From an uncultured Solirubrobacterales bacterium (GTDB taxonomy: Bacteria > Actinomycetota > Thermoleophilia > Solirubrobacterales > Solirubrobacteraceae), in assembly GCA_963813745.1 (NCBI GenBank), contig CAWEZW010000006.1, positions 39,707 to 103,706 on the forward strand: DNA of 64,000 nt, read 5' to 3'. Positions 52,160 to 60,782 of this stretch are shown here, in pieces. A program made the position numbers and the translations under genes. Below the pieces are notes generated by a model, which was not told where the DNA came from, did not search any database, and saw only the letters and a list, made by a program, of their open reading frames with translations. Within the stretch, counting starts at the first letter, position 1. The number at the start of each line of letters is the position of its first letter.

Positions 52160-53980
52160 TCAGATATAAAGCGCGTCGATCTCGGCAGCGTACTTCTCGG
52201 CAATCGGCTTGCGCTTGAGCTTCATCGTCGGCGTCAGCTCATCGCCCCCTGCAAGCCAGTCGCAGGGGAGGATCGCAAAGCGCTTGATCTGCTCCACCCG
52301 ACTGAGATGGCTGTTGGCCTCCTCCACGCCGCGTGCGACCTCCGCCTTGACACCCGGCTCTTGGCAAAGCGCTGCGGGCGAGACGTCCGCGAGTCCGTGC
52401 TCTGCGGCCCACACGCTCCCGCCGTCGGGGTCGAGCACAATCAATGCGACGTTATAGGGGCGCCGATCGCCGATCGCGATCGCCTGTCCAATCAAGGCAC
52501 TCGAGCTCTTGATCTGGGCCTCGATGTTCGCCGGCGACATGTTCTTGCCGGCGGCGTTGATGATCAGCTCCTTCTTGCGATCGACGATCTTCACGTAGCC
52601 CTCGGAGTCGATCTCGGCGATATCGCCCGTGTGCAGCCATCCGCCGGCGTCGATCGCCTCGGCGGTCTGGATGGGGTCGGCACGGTAGCCGCGCATCACC
52701 ATCTCGCCTCTGCAGAGCAGCTCGCCATCCTCGGCGATCTTCACCTCGATGCCTGGCAGTGGTGGGCCCACCGTGCCGAGCTTGGGACGCTCGCGCGGAT
52801 TGCAGGTGCCTACGCAGGTCAGCTCTGACATGCCCCACAGCTCGCAGATGGGCAGGCCGATCGCGTGGAAGAACTCCAGCACCTCGACTGGCGTGGGCGC
52901 CGCGCCCGCATAGAGCATCTTCGTCTGGTCGAGTCCCAGGCGCTCACGCAGTCTTTTGAGTACTAGCTCATCGGCCTTGGCATATTCGGCCAGCAGCTCC
53001 TCTGAGACCGTTTCGCCAGCCTGCTCGGCGCGCACGCACTGCAGGCCCACGCCGATCGCCCACTCCACCGCCTGTTTGCGAGCGACGTCCTCGTCGGCCG
53101 CGATCGCGGCCTCCAGACCAGCCTTCATCTTCTCCCAGACTCTGGGGACCGAGCCAAAGCTCGTGGGATGGACCTCCGCGATCGCCGCAGTTATCTGGGT
53201 CACGTCTGAGATCACGGTGACCTCGGTGCCGTAGAGCAACTGGACGTAGTGCGTCGAGTAGCGGTCTGCCATGTGGGCATTGGGCAGATAGGAGATGATG
53301 CGGCCTTCGGGATCGTGCTCGATCACGGCCGCGGCGGCGTGGCACTCGGCCAGCACGTTGGCGTGGGTGAGCTCCACGCCCTTAGGTGGGCCAGTGGTCC
53401 CGGACGTGTAACAGATGGTGATCAGGTCCTCGCCGCTGACTGCTCGCCAACTCGCTTCGAAGTCGAAGTCGGGGACATCGAAGGCTTCGAGTTGCTCTAG
53501 CCCTATCGTTCCCTCAGGCGCGCCGTCGACGCAGATGACGTGCTCGAGCGAGTCCATCCCTGCAGCCCAGATCTTTTCCAAGAACTGCAGTTCGGTGATC
53601 AGAATCTTGTTCTTGGCGTTGCTGAACAGGTAGGCGATCTGCTCAGGCGAGCAGGTGCTGTAGATCGAGAAGGGCGTTGCGCCCAGATGCATGGCCGCGC
53701 AATCGCAGATGTTGAACTCAGGCCTGTTGAGGAGCATCAGCCCCACCGTGTCGCCCATGCCTACGCCCAGTGAATGTAGGCCAGCGGCAATCGCCCGCAC
53801 GCGGCTCTGCATCTCTTTGAAGGTGAGCGTCAGCTCGCCGCCCAGGGTACGCAGCGCGACGCGGTCAGGATTCTGAGCGGCCGTGCGCTGAAACGCCTCG
53901 CATACCGTCAGAGCGTCGAGCGTCGATGCATCGCGCTCGATGACCAGCACCTCGTTCAGCTCCCCCTCAACCGGCGTCAC
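52160..53980 (-). CDS. Long-chain fatty acid-CoA ligase (FadD11-like)
   Basis: YTSGTTGPPKG, WGMSE, LHTGDI, DRKKELI, ELTPTMKLKR. Confidence 0.93.
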   Translation of the reverse strand: MTPVEGELNEVLVIERDASTLDALTVCEAFQRTAAQNPDRVALRTLGGELTLTFKEMQSRVRAIAAGLHSLGVGMGDTVGLMLLNRPEFNICDCAAMHLGATPFSIYSTCSPEQIAYLFSNAKNKILITELQFLEKIWAAGMDSLEHVICVDGAPEGTIGLEQLEAFDVPDFDFEASWRAVSGEDLITICYTSGTTGPPKGVELTHANVLAECHAAAAVIEHDPEGRIISYLPNAHMADRYSTHYVQLLYGTEVTVISDVTQITAAIAEVHPTSFGSVPRVWEKMKAGLEAAIAADEDVARKQAVEWAIGVGLQCVRAEQAGETVSEELLAEYAKADELVLKRLRERLGLDQTKMLYAGAAPTPVEVLEFFHAIGLPICELWGMSELTCVGTCNPRERPKLGTVGPPLPGIEVKIAEDGELLCRGEMVMRGYRADPIQTAEAIDAGGWLHTGDIAEIDSEGYVKIVDRKKELIINAAGKNMSPANIEAQIKSSSALIGQAIAIGDRRPYNVALIVLDPDGGSVWAAEHGLADVSPAALCQEPGVKAEVARGVEEANSHLSRVEQIKRFAILPCDWLAGGDELTPTMKLKRKPIAEKYAAEIDALYI

Positions 53981-54121
53981 CCCGATACACCTCCCTAAAC
54001 CGCAGGCGAACTACGACCGAGACATGAGGTTACATCTCGGCGCCCTCGACGGCTTTCCTCTCCCGTTCTTCAGCCTTCTTGAGAAACCCTTTCGAAAGAT
54101 GCGCTTACCTGGGTGCCGCAG

Positions 54122-55593
54122 ATGGCCAGAGTCAACCCAACCCTGACCCGCAGGCAGCTGCTCCGCTCAGCCGGTATGGGGGCGGCCGGGCTCGCGGTCG
54201 CCGGCACCCTGGGCGAGATCGCCACCGGCGCCTTTGCGTCATCGGGCCCCAAGCCACCCAGACCACCGAAATGGCACACCCGGCCGGATCTGCGGATTCC
54301 CTCACTGACGGTCACCCACCGCGAGCAGGGGGTTTCCACCGACCCGATCTTCATCGCGCCGTACAACGCCCCCGTCGGCCAGGTCGGCGCGGTGATCGTC
54401 GACAACGAAGGTCAGCCGATCTGGGAGAACCCGCTCGCGGGCAAGGTGACGACCAACTTCCAGGTGCAGAGCTATCGCGGCAGCCCGGTGCTCACGTGGT
54501 GGGAGGGACTGATCGAATACGGCCACGGCGTCGGCGAATACGTGATCGCGGACGCCAGCTACCGCACGGTTCGTCGCGTGCAGGCGGCGGCGCGGACTGC
54601 GCGGCGATCTGCACGAGTTCGTGATCACCCCGCGCGACACCGCCCTGCTCACGAGCTACGTGATCAGGAAAGCCGACCTCTCGCGCCGTCGGCGGCCCGC
54701 GCGACGGCACGATCCAAGACGCGATCTTCCAGGAGATCGATCTCGCCAGCGGCAGGCTGCTGCTGGAGTGGCATAGCCTCGATCACGTTCCGCTGACAGA
54801 GTCCTACGCGCCGGTGGAAGCGAACTGGGACTTCTTTCATATCAACTCGGTCGACCTCGACGACGACGGCAACCTGCTGATCTCCTCGCGCAGCATGCAG
54901 ACCGTCTACAAGCTCGACCACAGCGGCAAGATCCTGTGGCGTCTGGGCGGGAAGAGCAATGACTTCGACATCGGCCCCGGCGCTCACTTCGCCTGGCAGC
55001 ACGACGCCCGCCGCCAGCCCGACGGAACGTTCACGATCTTCGACAACGGAGCGACCCCGGCGGTGGAGAAGCTCTCGCGCGGCCTGATCCTCGAGCTCGA
55101 CGAGCAGGCGATGTCCGCGACCTTGGTGCGTCAGTACACCCACCCGAAGATCCTCTCCGGCAGCCAGGGCAGCATGCAACTGCTGGGAAATGGGAACGTG
55201 TTCGTCGGCTGGGGAGAAGCGCCCCACGTGTCCGAGTTCGATTACTCAGGTCGGATGCTGTTCGACGCGGTGCTCGGCGCGAAGTACCAGTCCTACAGAG
55301 CCTTCCGCCTGCCGTGGACGGGCCTTCCCGCGGAGGCTCCGGCGATCGCCGCGACCCGTGCCGGCCGGGAGACGACCGTGTATGCGAGCTGGAACGGAGC
55401 GACCGAGGTAAGAACGTGGCAACTGCTGGCAGGCAGCCCTACCAGCGGTCTCACACCCGTGGCGAGTGCGCGATCGCTCGGGTTCGAGAGCGCTCTGCGC
55501 ACCGCCTCGACCGGTCCCCTGCTCGCCGTGCAGGCGCTCGACGGCAACGGCACGCCGCTCGGGCGCTCGGACCCGGTGACGGTCGCTGCCTGA
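54122..55593 (+). CDS. Tat-exported arylsulfotransferase (ASST)-family protein (frameshifts near 54590 and 54690)
   Basis: TRRQLL Tat motif; DLHEF, FHINS, WQHDAR, FDNG, SQGS, SWNGAT. Confidence 0.88.
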
Positions 55594-55727
55594 CCCGCGA
55601 CGAGTACGCGCCGGAGGATGACGCGGATAGACCGGCGGGCGCCTTGTCGAGAAGGCCAGGAAGAGCCATACTTCACCGTCACACGATCAAGGTGGCCACT
55701 GCGGGCTGCGGGAAGAGGCGACTGCGT

Positions 55728-56909
55728 ATGCGAGCAGGATGGATAGACCAGGATGGGCGGGCTTTGGCTCGGCGGACGCCGACCGGGCGAGGCGTCTCAT
55801 TGGCGGCTTTGGCCGGCGTGGCGGCAATGCTCCTCGCGCTGAGCGCGATTCCCTCGTCCGCCCAGGCGGAAGCCACCTCCTTCGGCGGCAACCCGGAACA
55901 GGCAATCACCCCTGGGCTCTCCTGTGAGAGCTACATTGCGCCGTTCGAAGGCCGCGAAACGTGCCTGTGGAACTGGAGCGGTGCGACCGCCGGCGACGGC
56001 GTCCCCTTCCCCGAAACGACCGGGGGGAGCGGCACCGTGACGAGCGTCACCCTGCCGGCGATGCCCGACCCCGGGCCGATGGAGGCCGTGGTGATCACCG
56101 GCACCCTGACCGGCTCCTCGACCCCCTGCAAGCCCAACTACGATTGCTGCCAGATCACGGAGATAAGCCCGGAATTCACCGTCCCCGCCAACCAGGTGAC
56201 GACGGTCCCCCTCGATCTCGCCGTCTCCAGCCAGGCCACGCCGAACTTCGCCGAGCCGGGGGCAAGCGCCTCCTACGACGGCCTCGGCATCTCGGTCCTC
56301 AGCCCGACCGCCTCGCTTCCGCTCCTCTACACCGGCAACGAAGCCGATCGGGAGCGGGCCGCCGGACAAAGCCTACGGTCCGGCCCCGACGGCGCCAAAC
56401 GGTGAGTACGTGGACCCGGCCGACCCTGCCGGCTACGAACTCATGGCGAAGTTCACCCTTGGAAGCCGGCGTTGCACCCCCGCCCCCCCCCGATGCCGGC
56501 CCCCGCGCCGGCGCCGGCCCCACCCGGCTCACCACCCGACGGGGGCCTGAAACTCGGCGGCGGGGCGCTGACAGCCGCGAACCTCGCGGGACCGCTGACG
56601 ATCGGTCAGGCCCAGAACCCGCCGACGGCGGCCACGACGCAGACGCTCACCGTGCCCGGGGCGGCCGCAGCGATCGCCTCGCGCAAGAAGTCGAAATCCA
56701 AGCCGAAGCCGATCGTGATCGGCAAGGGCGCGACGACCGTACCGGCAGGTCAGACCGTCGCGCTCAAGCTCACCCTGACGAGCGCCGGGCGCAAGCTCTT
56801 GGGCAAGAAGCACTCGCTGAAGGTGACCGAGACGATCGTTGCCAAGAACTCCGCCGGGCAGACGCAGACGACGACGCGCACGGTGACGATCCGGCTCAAG
56901 CGCAAGTAG
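55728..56909 (+). CDS. Secreted hypothetical protein with Pro-rich linker and basic C-terminal beta domain (frameshifted)
   Basis: Signal peptide ...SSAQA; Cys pairs; poly-Pro linker; C-terminal VPAGQTVALKLTLTSAGRKLL...TRTVTIRLKRK. Confidence 0.65.
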
Positions 56910-56928
56910 GCGGGCCGCACCGGCGACG

Positions 56929-58581
56929 ATGAGCACCCCTGGCGATCAGGACGCCGTCGCGTCACCGGTCCTGAGCGCCTCCGAGCTCGCGGAAGTCGCC
57001 GAGTTCGGCGTTGAGCAGCCGGTGGTGGACGGACAGCTGCTGTTCGAGGCCGGAGAGGCCTCCTACGACCTGTTCGTCGTGCTCGAGGGCGAGGTCGAGA
57101 TCGTGCGGGCCGACGGCGAAGGCATCGATAACGAGCCGATCTTTGTATTTGGGCCGGGCAACTTCGTCGGCGAGCTGAACCTCCTGACCGGCCAGCGCCG
57201 CTTCCTGACCGCTCGTGTCAGCAGGGCGGGTCGGATGCTGATGATTCCACAGCCCGAGTTCCGACGGCTGATGAGCCTGCGCCCGGCGCTCGCCGGGATC
57301 ATCTTCAGTGCCCTACTCGCGCGCCGTGAGCTGCTACGCACCGGCGAGGGCGCCCAGGCGATCCGGATCATCGGCTCACGGTACTCGCCCGAAGCGATGA
57401 GCCTGCGCGCGTTCGCGGAACACTCGCGCCTCCCCCACACCTGGATCGATGTCGAGGACGCCGAGGACATCGACGCCCTGCTGAGCACGATGGACCTGCG
57501 CCCGCAGGACACGCCTGTGGTGATCACCCCCACCGAGATTCTGCGCCGCGCGACGCCGGCTGTCTTCGCCGAGCACCTCGGCCTGACATTCCAGCCGATA
57601 CCGGGCTACATCTTCGATCTCGTCGTCGTCGGCAGCGGTCCCGCCGGCCTGGCAGCGTCGGTGTACGGAGCGTCGGAGGGCCTACACACGGTCTCACTGG
57701 ACGCAATGGCGATCGGCGGGCAGGCCGGTTCCAGCTCGCGCATCGAGAACTACACCGGCTTCCCCAACGGCATCTCCGGCGGAGACCTAACCGCCCGATC
57801 TGCCGTGCAGGCGATGCGACTCGGGGCGCGGCTGAACGCCCCCTGCGAGGTCGTGGGCCTGCGGGTCGAGGCGGGATTCCACGTGGTCATCCTCAAGGAT
57901 GGAAGCGAGATTCCGACCCGAGCGGTGATCGTCGCCTCCGGAGCCAGCTACCGACGGTTGGACGTACAGGACCTCGACCGCTTCGAGGGTGCCGGCGTCT
58001 ACTACGCGGCAACCGACCTCGAGGCGAGGGTCTGTGACGGCAGGCCGGTGCTCGTCGTCGGAGGCGGCAACTCGGCGGGACAGGCCGCGATCCATCTGGG
58101 TGAACACAACTGCAGCGTCACGATCGCGATCCGCCGCGACGACCTCACCCACAGCATGTCCCAGTACCTGATCGAGCGAATCGAGTCCGACCCGAAGATC
58201 CAGCTGCTCACCGACGTCGAAGTCCAGACACTCGCGGGTGATGGTCATCTGGACGAGGTAACGCTGCGGCGCATCGCGACCGGCCAGCAGCAGACGATTC
58301 CCTGTTCGGGGCTGTTCTGCTTCATCGGCGCGCAGCCCGCGACGGGCTGGCTGTGTGACGGCGTGCTGCTCGACCAGGACGGGTTCGTGCTCACCGATCG
58401 TCATCTGTCGGGGCCGATCGTCGCGGGAACATCGAGCCCGCTGCCGTTTGAGACCTCCGTGCCCGGAGTGTTCGCCGCCGGCGACGTCCGCAACGGCTCG
58501 ATGAAGCGGGTCGCCGCCGCGGTGGGCGAGGGCTCGAGCGCCGTGCGCTCGGTGCACGAGCGCCTCGCCACCCAGACTTGA
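56929..58581 (+). CDS. cNMP-binding domain + thioredoxin reductase-like FAD oxidoreductase
   Basis: cNMP domain (LFEAGE, FVGELN), GSGPAG, IENYTGF, GGGNSAG, FAAGDVR, AVGEG. Confidence 0.92.
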   Translation: MSTPGDQDAVASPVLSASELAEVAEFGVEQPVVDGQLLFEAGEASYDLFVVLEGEVEIVRADGEGIDNEPIFVFGPGNFVGELNLLTGQRRFLTARVSRAGRMLMIPQPEFRRLMSLRPALAGIIFSALLARRELLRTGEGAQAIRIIGSRYSPEAMSLRAFAEHSRLPHTWIDVEDAEDIDALLSTMDLRPQDTPVVITPTEILRRATPAVFAEHLGLTFQPIPGYIFDLVVVGSGPAGLAASVYGASEGLHTVSLDAMAIGGQAGSSSRIENYTGFPNGISGGDLTARSAVQAMRLGARLNAPCEVVGLRVEAGFHVVILKDGSEIPTRAVIVASGASYRRLDVQDLDRFEGAGVYYAATDLEARVCDGRPVLVVGGGNSAGQAAIHLGEHNCSVTIAIRRDDLTHSMSQYLIERIESDPKIQLLTDVEVQTLAGDGHLDEVTLRRIATGQQQTIPCSGLFCFIGAQPATGWLCDGVLLDQDGFVLTDRHLSGPIVAGTSSPLPFETSVPGVFAAGDVRNGSMKRVAAAVGEGSSAVRSVHERLATQT

Positions 58582-58689
58582 AGCCCAGCCCCAGTCGGGG
58601 AGGACGACATCCCGTGCCGGCTTCCGATATCTGCTGGAGCGCCCAATGAGCTGACAACCGAATCATAGTTCCAGGCGCGGCGGCGGCAA

Positions 58690-58711
58690 CGTCCGGCGGG
58701 GGGCGTACCTT
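58690..58711 (+). promoter_or_regulatory. CGTCCG-N10-TACCTT promoter before xseA
   Basis: Same geometry as the recJ, ruvA and SNF2 motifs; GTG start 8 nt downstream. Confidence 0.6.
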
Positions 58712-58719
58712 AGACCGCC

Positions 58720-60318
58720 GTGACGACAATGAGCAACATCTCTGCCTCGCAAACCGCACCCTCGGTCACACGGGTCGCTCACCTGATCAACGGAGCGCTG
58801 CGAGACCTGGGCGATGGATGGATGGAGGGCGAGATTCGCTCCATCACGCTGCATAGCTCAGGCCACGTCTACCTGACTCTGGCGGACGAGAGCTCCAACC
58901 TCGACGCCTGCATCTGGAAGGGCCGCGTCGGTGGGTGTAAGCCACTCCCCGAGCGAGGTGACCTCGTTCAGGCGCACTACGAGCGAATCGACTTCTACGC
59001 GCCTCGTGGAAGCACGAAGCTCATTATCGACAAGATCAAGCACACCGGCGAGGGAGAGTTGCTACGTCGGCGTGCTGAGACGTTGGCTCGGCTTCAGGCT
59101 GACGGGCTCTGTGACCTCGACAGGCGCAAGCCGTTGAGAGCATTCCCACGTCGTGTCGGAGTTGCAGCCGCGCAAGGTTCCGATGCCATGGTGGATGTCC
59201 TCCGACGTCTACGCGAACGCTTTCCGGCCCAGGACATTGTGATCTGCCCTGTCTTGGTGCAAGGGGTGGAAGCGGTGGGCTCAGTAATCGATGGGCTTGC
59301 TCGCCTGCAGGCTATGCGCGATGTCGACGTCATCATCCTTGCGCGCGGCGGCGGGTCGGTGGCTGACCTCATCGCCTTCGACGACGAGCGCCTGTGCCGC
59401 GCGGTCTTCGCGTGTGAGGTCCCCGTGATAACGAGCATCGGACACACAAAGGACCGTCCCAACTGCGACCACGTCGCGGCCGCCTGCGCGTCCGTGCCGG
59501 CAATGGCCGCCGAGCGGGCTATCCGCCATTCAGCCGACGAGTTGCTCGGCGAGCTCGCCCGCCACTCCGACGCTCTCGCGTCTGTTCGCGTCAGCATGCG
59601 ACGCCGCAGAGACCGGGTCGAGGAGCTGTGGCAGCAGGCACGCCCCAACCAGCGCATCGTCGAGCTCGCGACCGCGATAGGCCGGACCGGCGAGCTACTG
59701 GCCTCACGCACCGAGAGTGCATTCCGCAAGCTCGAGAGGTCGTTTTCAGATGCCTCGCATGTTCTGGGCAATATCGCGCTGAGATTCCCACGCCCCGACT
59801 CCCTCGACAAGCCGCGTGGAGCGCTGCACCAGGCGGCCGTCGCCTTCGTTGCCGGTCACCGCGAAGCAATCGACGCCTCTGAGAACTCCCTCAATGCCGC
59901 CACACGGCGCATCCCGCGACCGGTTGCACTCGATGCCTTTGCCGCCCACGTCCACAACACAGGCACGCGCATCCGCGAGAAGCGTCGTGACTATGGCCGC
60001 GCGCTTCAGCGACTTTCCACAGACGCCAATTACGATCTCACCCGGCGTCTTGCCGCCGAGTGCGGGGTCATCAGCTCCGAGGCCGGCCATCTGCGCCCAG
60101 CCGCCGACCGCGTGCTCGCGCGAGCACATGAGCGAGTCTCGAACCTCGGAGCGCTCGCCGACGCGAAGGACTTCCGACGCCGCGGCTGGGTGCTCGCTTC
60201 AGAGCAGGGCCGAGCAATTCAGACGGCCACCGATCTACGAGTCGGAACCACCCTTGAATTACGGTTTGCGGATGGAGAGGCTGCCGCAACCATAGATGAG
60301 ATCAAGCCTCGAGAGTAA
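58720..60318 (+). CDS. xseA: Exodeoxyribonuclease VII large subunit (long, divergent)
   Basis: OB fold (WMEGEI...SGHVYLTL), ARGGGS, IGHTKD, C-terminal RRGW...LRFADG. Confidence 0.92.
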   Translation: MTTMSNISASQTAPSVTRVAHLINGALRDLGDGWMEGEIRSITLHSSGHVYLTLADESSNLDACIWKGRVGGCKPLPERGDLVQAHYERIDFYAPRGSTKLIIDKIKHTGEGELLRRRAETLARLQADGLCDLDRRKPLRAFPRRVGVAAAQGSDAMVDVLRRLRERFPAQDIVICPVLVQGVEAVGSVIDGLARLQAMRDVDVIILARGGGSVADLIAFDDERLCRAVFACEVPVITSIGHTKDRPNCDHVAAACASVPAMAAERAIRHSADELLGELARHSDALASVRVSMRRRRDRVEELWQQARPNQRIVELATAIGRTGELLASRTESAFRKLERSFSDASHVLGNIALRFPRPDSLDKPRGALHQAAVAFVAGHREAIDASENSLNAATRRIPRPVALDAFAAHVHNTGTRIREKRRDYGRALQRLSTDANYDLTRRLAAECGVISSEAGHLRPAADRVLARAHERVSNLGALADAKDFRRRGWVLASEQGRAIQTATDLRVGTTLELRFADGEAAATIDEIKPRE

Positions 60319-60328
60319 GGGGAGACAA

Positions 60329-60695
60329 ATGGCCGAGAGCAGCACCACCGAGCACGAGAACATCACCTTCGAGACCGGCTACGACGAGCTGAAGGACATC
60401 GTGGCCCGCCTGAGCGCCGAGGATGTCTCCGTACACGAGATGTTCGAGGGCTTCCGTCGTGGCAAGGGACTGGAGAAGGCTCTTCGAAAGCTACCTCACC
60501 GACCGCGAGGGAGAGCTCGCCGAGATCGAGCAGGGCAAGAACCTGCCCGAGTTCGAGATCGTCGCGTCCCCCGCGGACATCCAGAGCACAACCGAGCGCG
60601 ACGCGGTTCCCCTCGATGAGACGAATTTAGACTTCAAGCCCGCTCCGGCAACGCCGACCCGTGCCAGCTCGGGAGACGACGACATACCGTTCTAG
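60329..60695 (+). CDS. xseB: Exodeoxyribonuclease VII small subunit with SSB-like C-terminal tail (one extra base near 60488)
   Basis: AAGGGGAG RBS; TFETGYDELKDIVARL...FRRGKGL, continuing as SYLTDREGELAEIE...SSGDDDIPF*. Confidence 0.85.
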
Positions 60696-60754
60696 CCAGA
60701 GGGATCGGGCACCCACGCCCGTGGCACCCGCTGATGCGTTACTCACTGACATTG

Positions 60755-60776
60755 GGTCCGGCGCGATAGCTATCTT
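60755..60776 (+). promoter_or_regulatory. GGTCCG-N10-TATCTT promoter before the SWIM-SNF2 gene
   Basis: Same geometry as the other repair-gene promoters; GTG 6 nt downstream. Confidence 0.55.
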
Positions 60777-60782
60777 GCGTTC

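Noticed and set aside
58579-58620. Selenocysteine readthrough of the oxidoreductase TGA (small CCCC/GGGG hairpin follows)
   Set aside because: The TGA is at the normal family C-terminus, is not at a Cys-equivalent position, and the hairpin is not a convincing SECIS.
58659-58672. Possible LexA box CGAAT-CATA-GTTCC before xseA
   Set aside because: Mismatch in the core GAAC and poor flanks; too weak to call.
60482-60493. Programmed frameshift at CGA AAG in xseB
   Set aside because: That hexamer is known for -1 shifts, but a +1 shift is needed here; an extra A in a homopolymer fits the window's error pattern.
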